Origin: Bacteroidota bacterium
GTDB taxonomy: Bacteria > Bacteroidota > Bacteroidia > AKYH767-A > OLB10
NCBI GenBank assembly: GCA_016699635.1
Contig: CP064983.1
Span: 1,980,048-2,044,047, forward strand
DNA length: 64,000 nucleotides
Direction: 5' to 3'
The notes beneath the pieces are model-generated. The model was not told where the DNA came from and did not search any database. It was given only the letters and a program-made list of their open reading frames with translations. Below are positions 32,088-42,216 of this stretch, one piece after another (the first letter of the stretch is position 1; each line of letters begins with the position of its first letter). The translations under genes and the position numbers were made by a program.

Positions 32088-32741
32088 TTACACAAACTTC
32101 TTTGCATCAGCAAGAAACTTTTCAAGTCCGATGTCTGTCAATGGATGTTTCAATAAATCGGTAATAGCATTTAATGGGCATGTGGCTACATCAGCGCCTA
32201 ACTTTGCACAGTTGATGATGTGCATGGCATGGCGTATGCTGGCAGCAAGAATCTGTGTCTGAAAACCATAGTTGTCGTAAATCTGACGGATTTCACTAAT
32301 CAGTTGTAAACCATCGGTACTCACATCATCCAAGCGGCCAATAAATGGCGAAACATAGGTGGCACCTGCCTTGGCTGCAAGCAATGCCTGTCCCGCTGAA
32401 AAAACTAAAGTGCAATTGGTCTTTATTCCTTTTGAAGTAAAATAGTGAATGGCTTTTATTCCATCTTTTATCATCGGTACTTTAACAATTATCTGCTCGT
32501 GCAACTTAGCTAATTCTTCGCCTTCGGCAACAATGCCGTCATAGTTGGTGGCAATAACTTCTGCACTGATGTCGCCTTTTACAATATTACAGATGTCAAC
32601 ATAATGTTTCATCACTGCAGCGTTACTTTTTATTCCTTCCTTAGCCATCAGTGATGGGTTGGTTGTTACACCATCAAGTACGCCTAAGTCATTTGCTTCT
32701 TTTATTTGTGCCAGATTGGCTGTGTCTATAAAAAATTTCAT
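32088..32741 (-). CDS. tal: Transaldolase / fructose-6-phosphate aldolase
   Basis: [48 protein letters not shown]. Confidence 0.93.
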   Translation of the reverse strand: MKFFIDTANLAQIKEANDLGVLDGVTTNPSLMAKEGIKSNAAVMKHYVDICNIVKGDISAEVIATNYDGIVAEGEELAKLHEQIIVKVPMIKDGIKAIHYFTSKGIKTNCTLVFSAGQALLAAKAGATYVSPFIGRLDDVSTDGLQLISEIRQIYDNYGFQTQILAASIRHAMHIINCAKLGADVATCPLNAITDLLKHPLTDIGLEKFLADAKKFV

Positions 32742-32765
32742 TTTGTATTTTGTTTGATATAAGTG

Positions 32766-33335
32766 TTACTTATCTATTGCTTTACACAACAGACTAAAAA
32801 TTTCGTCAATACTTCCAATGCCGTTTATGCCGTAATATTTTTTTTGCATACGGTAGTATTCTGCTACAGGTGCAGTCTTATTGTTGTATTCGTTAATTCG
32901 CTTTTTAATTATTTCAGGATTCTGATCATCAGGGCGACCGGAATCTTTGCCACGTAGCAATAGTCGCTTCGATAATTCAGCTTCCGTTACTTCTAATGCA
33001 AGCATCATTTTAATTGAAGTGTTTTTTTGCTTTAATAAATTATCGAGTGCTGCTGCCTGTGCCGTTGTGCGAGGGAAGCCATCAAAAATAAATCCTTTGG
33101 CAGTTGGGTTGGCATCAAGTTTTGATTCTATCATTCCTATAACTACTTCATCGGGAACTAATACACCCTGGTCCATCAGTTTTTTTGCTTCAAGACCCAA
33201 TTTAGTTTGTCCGGCAATTTCGTTTCGCAACAAATCGCCTGTTGATAAATGTATGAGGCCATATTGCTGAATAAGTTTTTCTGACTGTGTTCCTTTGCCT
33301 GCACCCGGAGGACCAAATAATACAATGTTGAGCAT
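32766..33335 (-). CDS. adk: Adenylate kinase (short type)
   Basis: GPPGAGKGTQ, HLSTGDLLR, GFIFDGFPRT, GRPDD. Confidence 0.96.
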   Translation of the reverse strand: MLNIVLFGPPGAGKGTQSEKLIQQYGLIHLSTGDLLRNEIAGQTKLGLEAKKLMDQGVLVPDEVVIGMIESKLDANPTAKGFIFDGFPRTTAQAAALDNLLKQKNTSIKMMLALEVTEAELSKRLLLRGKDSGRPDDQNPEIIKKRINEYNNKTAPVAEYYRMQKKYYGINGIGSIDEIFSLLCKAIDK

Positions 33336-33394
33336 GATAAAAAATAAATTAAAGAGGGTTTGGTGATGAATTTCTCATTTCGTTTTATTCGATA

Positions 33395-33931
33395 TTATGA
33401 TTTTAGAACATAAATATCCTGAAGATTTCGTCCGTAGCCATCATAGTCTAAGCCATAGCCTACAACAAATGCAGGTGGAATTTCAAACCCTGCATAGTCA
33501 ACTGTAACTTTTTTCTTTAATGCCTGTGGTTTAAAAAGTAATGTTGCCAATTTAACCGATGCCGGTTGATGTTTTGCTATTTCCTGCATCAGATATGAAA
33601 CTGTCTCGCCTGTATCAACTATATCTTCAACAATAATAACATGCCTGTTGTTTATATTCCCTGAAAGACCAACTACATTTTTCATCTGCCCGGTAGATTC
33701 TGTGCCGCTATATGATGATACTCTGATAAAAGAAATTTCGCATGGAGTCTCAATGTTACGGAATAGATCGGCCATAAAAAGAAAGGCACCGTTAAGCACA
33801 CCAATAAATACAGGGTTTTTGTCTTTGTATTCAGCATTCAGGTCGCGTGCAATTTCCAGAATTCTGGTTTCGATTTGCTTTCGCGGAATCATGATTGTGA
33901 ATGTTTTATCAAGTATGGTAACTTCGCTCAT
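33395..33931 (-). CDS. hpt: Hypoxanthine phosphoribosyltransferase
   Basis: VLNGAFLFMADL, VIIVEDIVDTGET, FVVGYGLDY. Confidence 0.95.
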   Translation of the reverse strand: MSEVTILDKTFTIMIPRKQIETRILEIARDLNAEYKDKNPVFIGVLNGAFLFMADLFRNIETPCEISFIRVSSYSGTESTGQMKNVVGLSGNINNRHVIIVEDIVDTGETVSYLMQEIAKHQPASVKLATLLFKPQALKKKVTVDYAGFEIPPAFVVGYGLDYDGYGRNLQDIYVLKS

Positions 33932-34057
33932 TGCCACTTTTTTGGGTGCGGCTAAAGTAAAAATAAATTCCCTATTACTGACGGGGTTTCTCTTCTTAGC
34001 TTAATTTGTTTTCATTGCCACAGGTTCTTTATTTTTGTTTAATAAATAGCGTTAATT

Positions 34058-35187
34058 ATGAATGCGTTCAATCCCAATATAGTTATAGGTGTTTTAGGTG
34101 GTGGCCAGCTTGGCAGAATGTTATTGCAAAAAGCGGCAGATTACAATCTTTCTATTCATATACTTGATCCTGATGAGGCTGCACCTTGCCGCTATATGTG
34201 TAAAACATTTGAGCATGGCGATTTTCGCGATTATCAGGCTGTCATGGCCTTTGGTAATGATTGTGATATTATTACCATTGAAATTGAACATGTAAACATA
34301 GAAGCATTATACGAACTGGAAAAGTTGGGAAAAAGGTGTATCCTCAACCACATATTCTTGAAATGGTTCAGGATAAAGGACTTCAGAAAGAATTTTATCA
34401 GAAGAATAATTTACCTACAGCGCCATTTTATTTAGTAGAAAAACCGGAACAGATAAAGCCGGAGTTTCCATTTGTTCAAAAACTGCGCAAAGGTGGTTAT
34501 GATGGTAAAGGTGTTTTGGTTGTTAAAGATGCAGATGGCATGAGTCAGTTGTTTCAGGCACCAAGTGTAATTGAGAATAAAGTAGTTATTGAAGCAGAAA
34601 TTGCTGTAATTACAGCAAGAAATAATTCGGGAGAAATAAAATCATTTCCAGTAGTTGAAATGCAGTTTAATGCAGAAGCCAATTTGGTTGAATTACTTTT
34701 TTCTCCATCAAAAACTTCAGCCGTCATACAACAGAAAGCAGTTTCGATTGCAGAAGATTTAATCAGTAAACTGAACATGGTTGGGCTGCTTGCTGTAGAA
34801 ATGTTTGTTACAAAAGATGGACAAGTGCTGATTAATGAAATTGCACCACGACCACACAATAGCGGACATCATACCATAGAAGCAAATCATACTTCGCAAT
34901 TCGAGCAACATTTAAGAGCAATTCTTAATTTACCACTTGGTAACTCATCAACTATTTTGCCTGCAGCAATGATTAACCTGTTAGGTGATAAAGATTCTAA
35001 TGGTAGGGCGATTTATTCAGGTGTGCAAGATGCATTAAATGCAGGTGATGTGCACATTCATTTATATGGTAAGAAAATCACTAAACCTTATCGTAAAATG
35101 GGACATGTAACTGTAACGGCAGCTACTGTTGACGAGGCAATTTTAAATGCACAAAAAATTCAATCGCAGTTAAAAGTAATCAGTTGA
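34058..35187 (+). CDS. purK: N5-carboxyaminoimidazole ribonucleotide synthase (frameshift in A-run ~34330-34337)
   Basis: GVLGGGQLGRML, ITIEIEHV, GGYDGKG, NEIAPRPHNSGH, RKMGHVT. Confidence 0.93.
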
Positions 35188-35922
35188 AGTAAAGTGTACG
35201 TAAGCCTATGTCCTTGCCGGTTATTTTTTTGTACTCTTTCAATAATTGTTGATGAATGGCAGAGTCTGCCTCTTGCCCTTCTATCAGCAGCATGTCGTTA
35301 CTGAGTTTAATTACAGCAAGATTATTTTTTATGAGGCCATTTTCTTTTAAGGTCGTAAACATATAATCAACAAACTTTTTGTTTGCAGCATTTTCTTTGT
35401 TTATTCCCATTGAGCTTTTTGCCGCCATAGCTTCCGCTACTTCATCCTGATATTTTGACCAGTCGGATTTCTCTACCTCTTTACCATTTAAGACAATTCG
35501 TTCAACATCATCACCGCTAATTGAAATTTTAAATGCACCATTATCATTATTAATATTCACAGTTTGTGTTTCAACAATGTATGCATCATTTGCACTGGCA
35601 GCATGTGTAACTTTGTTATTTAATGGGGCAGGATTGGTGATTTCTGTTTTAACTGAAGGTGTTTCTGTTAAGTTTTCTTCAGTTGCCTGAGGTTGTTGAA
35701 TAGCAGCATCAGGCTGTGTTTCTGTTGCCTGTAATGCAGGTTGAGTTGTTTGCTCTGTATTTTCCTGAGTTGGCTGTGTTTTTTGTTGACCTTGATTCTG
35801 AACTAAAAAATAAATTCCTTTTCAACTTCTTTGTTAAATTGTTCTAAACTTTCATCCAGCGAGACTACAGGATCTGCATTTCTTGCTGCATCAAACAATT
35901 TATTCATCTTATTATTTTCCAT
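35180..35922 (-). CDS. Putative anti-sigma factor / membrane-anchored partner of ECF sigma (frameshift, probable missing segment ~35815-35825)
   Basis: ATG 35922 directly after the ECF gene; Gln/Thr/Pro-rich linker open from ~35820 to the stop at 35180. Confidence 0.5.
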
Positions 35923-35943
35923 GGTGAAAAAAGTAATTTACAA

Positions 35944-36462
35944 TTATACAATTTCTTCTTCTAATATTTTTTTAAGTGACTCGCGTGCCCGGGCAATTCT
36001 GCTTTTCACAGCAGAAAGACTATCTCCCTGAATCTGCTGTATTTCTGCTAACGATAGCCCTGAGATTTCAAACAACACTATGGCTTCTTTCTGTTTTAGC
36101 GGCAATTGATCTAAGGCATTATACAATTCTTTTAACTGAACTTTGCTATCGGCACCGGCATGATCATCACTCACTTGTTCAGCTTGTTCCGGGTCAAAGG
36201 CTGTATAGATTTGCTTTTTTTTATCCTGAAGCTTATAAACCAACCTGCTTGAAACGGTAAACAAATAACTCAATAATGCATCTTTATGGCGAATGGTTTC
36301 AAACTTTTCATAAGCTACCAACATTGTCTCTGCAACAATATCTTTTACATCCTCCCGGTTATAAACCATAGACTGCACAAAGCGAACCAGCTTTTCATGT
36401 AATTGCTGATAGGCATCTGTGAAGGCTTTCTGTTTTCCCGAAATTTTCTCCTGACCGCTCAT
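35944..36462 (-). CDS. ECF RNA polymerase sigma factor
   Basis: DIVAET…AYEK (region 2); LDQLPLKQKEAIVLFEISGLS..EI…VKSRIARAR (region 4). Confidence 0.9.
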   Translation of the reverse strand: MSGQEKISGKQKAFTDAYQQLHEKLVRFVQSMVYNREDVKDIVAETMLVAYEKFETIRHKDALLSYLFTVSSRLVYKLQDKKKQIYTAFDPEQAEQVSDDHAGADSKVQLKELYNALDQLPLKQKEAIVLFEISGLSLAEIQQIQGDSLSAVKSRIARARESLKKILEEEIV

Positions 36463-36571
36463 CCATTTAATGTAATGTAAGTGCGTTTTTTCTTCAAAAA
36501 GTCGCACTCCTGATAAAATAATTTTAATGGTCTAAAAATAAGAATAATTTTACGGCCACAAATTGTGCTGT

Positions 36572-37519
36572 ATGCAGGCTTTATCATCAACAAATTTTAA
36601 ATTTCAAGGACAAACGGCTTTTTATAAGGGTAAGGTCAGAGATGTCTATTCTATTGATAACAAATGGCTTGTGATGGTCGTTACAGACCGTGTTTCGGCA
36701 TTTGATGTGGTTTTGCCAAGGCCAATTCCATATAAAGGAGCAGTTTTAAATCAGATTGCAGCACATTTTATGCAGGCAACTGCCGATTTAGTGCCCAATT
36801 GGATTGTTGATACACCCGATGTTCAGGTGTCTATAGGTATTCCATGTCAGCCTTTAAGAGTAGAAATGGTTATCAGAGGATATCTTTCCGGTCATGCCTG
36901 GCGCGAATACAAACAGGGAAAAAGAATGTTATGTGGCGTTAAATTACCCGATGGTTTGAATGAAAGTGATGCCTTGCCTGAGCCGATAATTACGCCTACT
37001 ACTAAAGCTGCGCATGGTCACGATCAGGATATAAGCAAGGAAGAAATAATTAAACAGGGAATTGTGGATGCTGCAATTTATGAACAGGCAGAATCCTATA
37101 CAAAACAGTTGTTTAGAAGAGGGTCGGAGATGGCTGCACAGCGTGGGTTGATTTTAGTAGATACCAAATATGAGTTTGGTGTTCATCAAGGCAAGGTTTA
37201 TCTTATTGATGAAATTCACACGCCCGATTCGTCACGATATTTTTATGCAGATGGTTATGCAGAAAGGCAAAAAAGAAAGCAACCTCAAAAGCAATTGTCA
37301 AAAGAATTTTTGAGACAATGGCTTATTGAAAATAATTTTCAGGGATTAGCGGGACAAACAGTTCCAGAAATGTCTGATGAAATTGTACAGATGGTATCGG
37401 ATCGATATATTGAATTGTTTGAAAATATTACAGGGAAAACTTTTGTAAAACCGTCAAACGAAAATATAGAACAACGCATTTACGGTAATATAGTAAAATC
37501 ATTAGAGAAACTTACATGA
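36572..37519 (+). CDS. purC: SAICAR synthetase
   Basis: [55 protein letters not shown]. Confidence 0.96.
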   Translation: MQALSSTNFKFQGQTAFYKGKVRDVYSIDNKWLVMVVTDRVSAFDVVLPRPIPYKGAVLNQIAAHFMQATADLVPNWIVDTPDVQVSIGIPCQPLRVEMVIRGYLSGHAWREYKQGKRMLCGVKLPDGLNESDALPEPIITPTTKAAHGHDQDISKEEIIKQGIVDAAIYEQAESYTKQLFRRGSEMAAQRGLILVDTKYEFGVHQGKVYLIDEIHTPDSSRYFYADGYAERQKRKQPQKQLSKEFLRQWLIENNFQGLAGQTVPEMSDEIVQMVSDRYIELFENITGKTFVKPSNENIEQRIYGNIVKSLEKLT

Positions 37520-37665
37520 GGTTTAATTGACTTAATTTGAAAGAGTAAAATAAACTGAGCAATATGAACACAGATGAATGAATAAGAAGACTGATGCTTA
37601 AATTAAGAATATTTAACATTCAAATTTCATCAAGAACGTTTTACCTTTGTTTAAAATAATAAATT

Positions 37666-38262
37666 ATGAAAAAACAAATTGCATCGTTACTTTTTATTGC
37701 AGCCGTTGTAAGTACAGCTTCTGCACAGAAAATTAAAATCCTTGACGGTAGTTTAGCAGGATTAAAAGGAGAAACTAAACTGAATGTTGTCTATGATTAT
37801 AGTAATATGGGCGTAGGCTCTTTTGCAAAGGAAGAAGAGTACGTTGCTAAAAAAACCAGAGAGTATAATGCAAAAGAACCCGGACGTGGAGATAGTTGGG
37901 CAAAAAGCTGGGTGGCAGATCGTAAAAACAGATTTGAACCAAGTTTTGTAGAGCTATTCAATAAAAAATCTCCAATGTTAATAGGTGATTTTCCTGATGC
38001 AAAATATACAATGAAGGTTAGCACAACTTTTACAGAGCCCGGTTTTAATGTTTATGTTACCAGAAAAAATGCATCCATTAATCTTGAAATTACTGTGTAT
38101 GAAACAGCCAATCCTGATAAACCAATTTGTAAAATGCAAGGTTTGAGATTTCCCGGTCGTACTTTCGGTGGCTATGATTATGATACCGGCACACGTATAT
38201 CTGAGTCTTATGCTAAAGCAGGAAAAGATTTAGCTGCATTTATTGGAAAAAATTTGAAGTAG
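37666..38262 (+). CDS. Secreted hypothetical protein
   Basis: Signal peptide (STASAQ); TACCTTTG at 37642-37649; downstream terminator. Confidence 0.8.
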   Translation: MKKQIASLLFIAAVVSTASAQKIKILDGSLAGLKGETKLNVVYDYSNMGVGSFAKEEEYVAKKTREYNAKEPGRGDSWAKSWVADRKNRFEPSFVELFNKKSPMLIGDFPDAKYTMKVSTTFTEPGFNVYVTRKNASINLEITVYETANPDKPICKMQGLRFPGRTFGGYDYDTGTRISESYAKAGKDLAAFIGKNLK

Positions 38263-38280
38263 TAAATTTTTAGACTTTTA

Positions 38281-38320
38281 AAAAAGAGAAGCGGTTCTTT
38301 TAGAACCGCTTCTCTTTTTT
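38281..38320. terminator. Bidirectional intrinsic terminator
   Basis: AAAAAGAGAAGCGGTTCT-TTT-AGAACCGCTTCTCTTTTT perfect stem between convergent genes. Confidence 0.9.
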
Positions 38321-38336
38321 AACATCATTCACTGTT

Positions 38337-39452
38337 TCATTGCAAAAACTTTTTCACTTCCTTTTCAATATAAACTGAAGTACTTGGAAAAGCAAAATCA
38401 CTTTTATTTTCAGCTACTATTTTCATTACCCCAAAATTGACTTCCTGCCTAGTGTTTTCAAAGTCGCTCAACTCTTGTGTTTTCACAAAATAAATGACTT
38501 CAATTTCTAATGCACTTGCCCCAAAGTTGGTAAAGAATACATTTGGATTTTCGTTAACTAAAGGGTGTTCATTGAGCATATTCAATATTTGCTGAATAAT
38601 ATTCTGAATCTGATCAGCTGTTGTAGAATATACCAAGCCTATTACAAAACGATGCCGGTAAAATGTTCTTTCGGTTTGATTTTCTAATTCTGCATCCATC
38701 ATTTTTTTATTCGGAACAATTACTAAAGTTTTTTCAATAGTGCGTACTTTAGTGGAACGGAAACCAACTTCTTCAATATGGCCACGAAGACTGTCAGTCT
38801 TTACCAAATCACCAACCACAAAAGGTTTGTCCATAAAAATCAAAAATGACCCCAATAGGTTTTCTAATGTGTCTTTAGAAGCTAAAGCTATGGCTAATCC
38901 TCCAATTCCTAAACCGGCAATGATGCTGGCAACATTGAGTTTGAAAACTGCACCAAGAATAAAAAATAAACTAATGATTACAGTTATTGCTTTCATTGAT
39001 GATGCAAAAAACGGAACAAATAAATCGTCCATTTTTGATTCGGTTTTGTTGGCACGCTCGCGCATTACCAATCCAATGTAATCTATCACTCTGAGTATTG
39101 TCCAGGTGATAAAAAATACAGTGACAATCTGAAAAATTAATTTTATTGTCATTCTTACACCAAACTCACTTTCTGAAGCTAGTTTCCATTCATCAGGAAA
39201 ATGCACATACCTGCATGCAATGTATATGATGATTAGAAAAAGTGTTGCTGAAAATGGTTTCTGTGTCAGCTCAACAAACTTATTTACACCAATGGTTTTG
39301 AAATATTTTTTCAGAACATTGAAGAGTAAAAAAGTAAGAATTCTTGAAATAAGATTCTTGAAGACAAGTCCTGCCAGAATAAGTCCTGCAAACCATAGGT
39401 AGTCTTCTATGGTGTTTCCTAATATTCTTTGATGCAGAACATCTATAAGCAT
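38337..39452 (-). CDS. MscS-family mechanosensitive channel
   Basis: AGLGIGGLAIALASKDTLENL, DKPFVVGD, G.IEEVGFRSTKVRT, DFAFPS. Confidence 0.92.
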   Translation of the reverse strand: MLIDVLHQRILGNTIEDYLWFAGLILAGLVFKNLISRILTFLLFNVLKKYFKTIGVNKFVELTQKPFSATLFLIIIYIACRYVHFPDEWKLASESEFGVRMTIKLIFQIVTVFFITWTILRVIDYIGLVMRERANKTESKMDDLFVPFFASSMKAITVIISLFFILGAVFKLNVASIIAGLGIGGLAIALASKDTLENLLGSFLIFMDKPFVVGDLVKTDSLRGHIEEVGFRSTKVRTIEKTLVIVPNKKMMDAELENQTERTFYRHRFVIGLVYSTTADQIQNIIQQILNMLNEHPLVNENPNVFFTNFGASALEIEVIYFVKTQELSDFENTRQEVNFGVMKIVAENKSDFAFPSTSVYIEKEVKKFLQ

Positions 39453-40678
39453 TACAACAGTTTTTTAAGAGCTATTTCGAAAGCAGCAGAGGCAATACCT
39501 TTTTTATCTTTATGGGTAGCAATCACTTCCTGCAATGCATTTTTAATGGTGGTGGCTGCATCATCAAAAATCAGTCTGTCATCAATAACGGCATTTGCAT
39601 TATGCAGATAAGCAAACACTCTTGCCATTCCACAGTTAGCAATAAAATCGGGAATTACACTTACATGTTTGTCACAATACAATCCAATGGGGTACGAAGA
39701 AAATCTCTTTATCAGCAAAAGGTACATTGGCACCACAGGAAATTACTTCAAGTTTTTTGTTGATGAGCGATTGCATTTGCTCCTGAGTAACCAATCGAGA
39801 TGCAGCACCCGGAATAAATATTTCTGCATCAAGGTTCCACACTTTTTCTGCCATTTGTTGAGGAGAAAGCATGTTATCTGCCACCAGCTTGTTTCCCTGA
39901 CGGTTGTTGAATAATGTTTTTATTTCTTCAAACGTATAGCCGTTTTCGTTTATCAGTCCGCCATCTCTGTCAATGATTCCTACAATTTTTACGCCCATTT
40001 GTGCAAGATAAAATCCTGCAGCGGCAGCAACATTGCCCCATCCCTGAATGGCAGCTCTTTTCTCAGAAATTTTTCCACCCCATAACTCATAGTAATATTT
40101 TACGGCCGATGCAACACCATAACCGGTAATCATATCGGCAACTCTGTATTTATGGCTCAAATCAGGCGATAGCGAAGCGTCTTTCAATACCAATGAAACG
40201 CCTTGCTGCAAATTGCTGATACGGTTTTTAATATTTGTTTCGCCATCGTTAAAGTGACCAACTGCAGTACCTTCCTGCGGATGAAGTATTCCAAGTTTAT
40301 TACAAATTGGAATAACATCATGTATTTCGTCAACATTCAAATCGCCACCGGTTCCGTAATATGTTTTCAGCAATGGCTTTATACTTTAAACCAACGTTCA
40401 AGAACCTGATTTTTTCTGGGGTCAGCAGGGTCGAAGTTAATACCGGATTTAGCTCCTCCTATTGGTGGACCGGATACAGTAAACTTCACTTCCATTGTTT
40501 TGGCAAGCGATTCAACTTCTCTTTTGTCGCATCCTTTGCGCATTCTTGTTCCGCCACCGGCAGAGCCATTGCGCAAGCTATTTATTACAAGCCACCCTTC
40601 AGCGCCTGTTTCAGCATCACTCCATTCAAATACAATTTCAGGACGCTTCTCTTCAAATTTCTTTAGTAAATACAGCAT
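39452..40678 (-). CDS. Glu/Leu/Phe/Val dehydrogenase (frameshifts ~40380 and ~39690)
   Basis: GGGTRMR, TMEVKF…GGAKSGI, GTGGDL, TGYGV, AIQGWGNV, CGANVPF, VIPDFIANCG across three ORFs. Confidence 0.9.
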
Positions 40679-40811
40679 TATGTTTTAAAAATTTGCACGA
40701 AAATATTAAGATTTTCCGCTTAAAATTCTAATAAAATTCTTCTGTTATTGAAACCTCACCAACACTTTTGAAGTAAAATAGTTTATTATTCTAATTTTTA
40801 TTTTCAATGAC

Positions 40812-40994
40812 ATGAGAAATCAAAGATTTGAACAAAAAAAGTCCATAAAAGACCATTGGGAGACGGACGGCCATCATGCAAAAAAGCAAAAGATGGCTAA
40901 CCATCGTGAAGAAAAAAACTGGAAGAACAAAATCCTCAAAGAAGAGGATGATGATTCTGATGAAGATTTTTTCCGGTATGATGAAGATGAATAG
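40812..40994 (+). CDS. Small hypothetical protein with acidic tail
   Basis: 60-aa ORF, basic N-half and acidic C-half, fills the intergenic gap. Confidence 0.5.
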   Translation: MRNQRFEQKKSIKDHWETDGHHAKKQKMANHREEKNWKNKILKEEDDDSDEDFFRYDEDE

Positions 40995-41030
40995 CCTTAA
41001 GGCATAAGATCCTAAACTAAAGTTTGTGAT

Positions 41031-42104
41031 TTAAGTCATTAGGTAAACGGCACCACCAACAGAATCTTTTTTTGCTCCTGTTACAGAGGCAAGTGTGTTT
41101 TTATTGTTGTTTATTCTCAAATAGCCTAAAAGAGCAAATATCAATGCTTCTTTAAAGTCAATTATTTTAACATCAGGAACAATAATTTTTACAGTTGTTT
41201 TTTCCTGAATTTTTTGAATTAGAAATTTGTTCTTGGCTCCACCGCCTGTGATTAATGCAGTAGTATTTGGGTTATTTCCTGCAAGGGTTAACGCTTGGCT
41301 GATTTGATAGGCAATGTGCTGTGTGATGGTGTGCAGCTTATCATTCAGTGTACCGGTTGAAGAGTTTATTATCGGAAGAAAATATTCATTAAACCACTCA
41401 GCACCTAAAGAACGTGGATAAGGTTTGCGATAAAATTCTAATGCATTAAGTTTATCAAAAAGTGTTGTATTTAATTTCCCTGCAGCAGCAAGTTTTCCTT
41501 CTGCATCATACTTTAGTCCACCGCTATTGGCAAGGTAGTTTAACGCCATATTTACAGGACAAATGTCAAATGCAATCCGGCTGTTTTTCACCTTGCATGA
41601 AATGTTTGCAATACCTCCAAGGTTAAGACAATAATCATACATGCCAAAAAACAATTCATCACCTATAGGTACTAAAGGCGCACCTTGTCCGCCTGATGCA
41701 ACATCTAAACTTCTGAAATCACAAACGGTGGTTATTCCAGCAATTGCAGCAATATCAGCACCGTGACCAATTTGTGTAGTAAAACCATTTGCAGGTTGAT
41801 GAAAAACTGTGTGACCATGTGATGCAATTAAGTCGCAAGAAAGTTGATGTTTTTGTAAAAAATTTAAAGAACTTTCTCCTAAAAAAACACCAAATTTGTG
41901 ATGTAACTCAAAAAGTTTTTCGCCAGAAAGTAAATTAGCATTAGCTAATTCATCTCTTCGTTTTTGGTCATATTCAATAGTCTCTGCAGCAACGATTTCA
42001 TAATGTAAGCCATCATTTGCTTCTGTAATATTGACCAATGCAAGGTCAAGCCCGTCTAACGATGTGCCCGACATCAATCCCAATACTTTCAAGCTTGCAG
42101 CCAT
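41031..42104 (-). CDS. anmK: Anhydro-N-acetylmuramic acid kinase
   Basis: GLMSGTSLDGLD, IASHGHTVFH, DFRSLDVASGGQGAPLVP, NLGGIAN, GGGAKN, KEALIFA. Confidence 0.95.
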   Translation of the reverse strand: MAASLKVLGLMSGTSLDGLDLALVNITEANDGLHYEIVAAETIEYDQKRRDELANANLLSGEKLFELHHKFGVFLGESSLNFLQKHQLSCDLIASHGHTVFHQPANGFTTQIGHGADIAAIAGITTVCDFRSLDVASGGQGAPLVPIGDELFFGMYDYCLNLGGIANISCKVKNSRIAFDICPVNMALNYLANSGGLKYDAEGKLAAAGKLNTTLFDKLNALEFYRKPYPRSLGAEWFNEYFLPIINSSTGTLNDKLHTITQHIAYQISQALTLAGNNPNTTALITGGGAKNKFLIQKIQEKTTVKIIVPDVKIIDFKEALIFALLGYLRINNNKNTLASVTGAKKDSVGGAVYLMT

Positions 42105-42216
42105 GACGGCAAATGTAAGATTATGGCAAAATAATATTAAGTAATTGTAACAATTCAATCAACATTAAAAAAATCAATTTCAAGGTTAACCAAATACCTA
42201 TTTTTGCGTATAAGAA

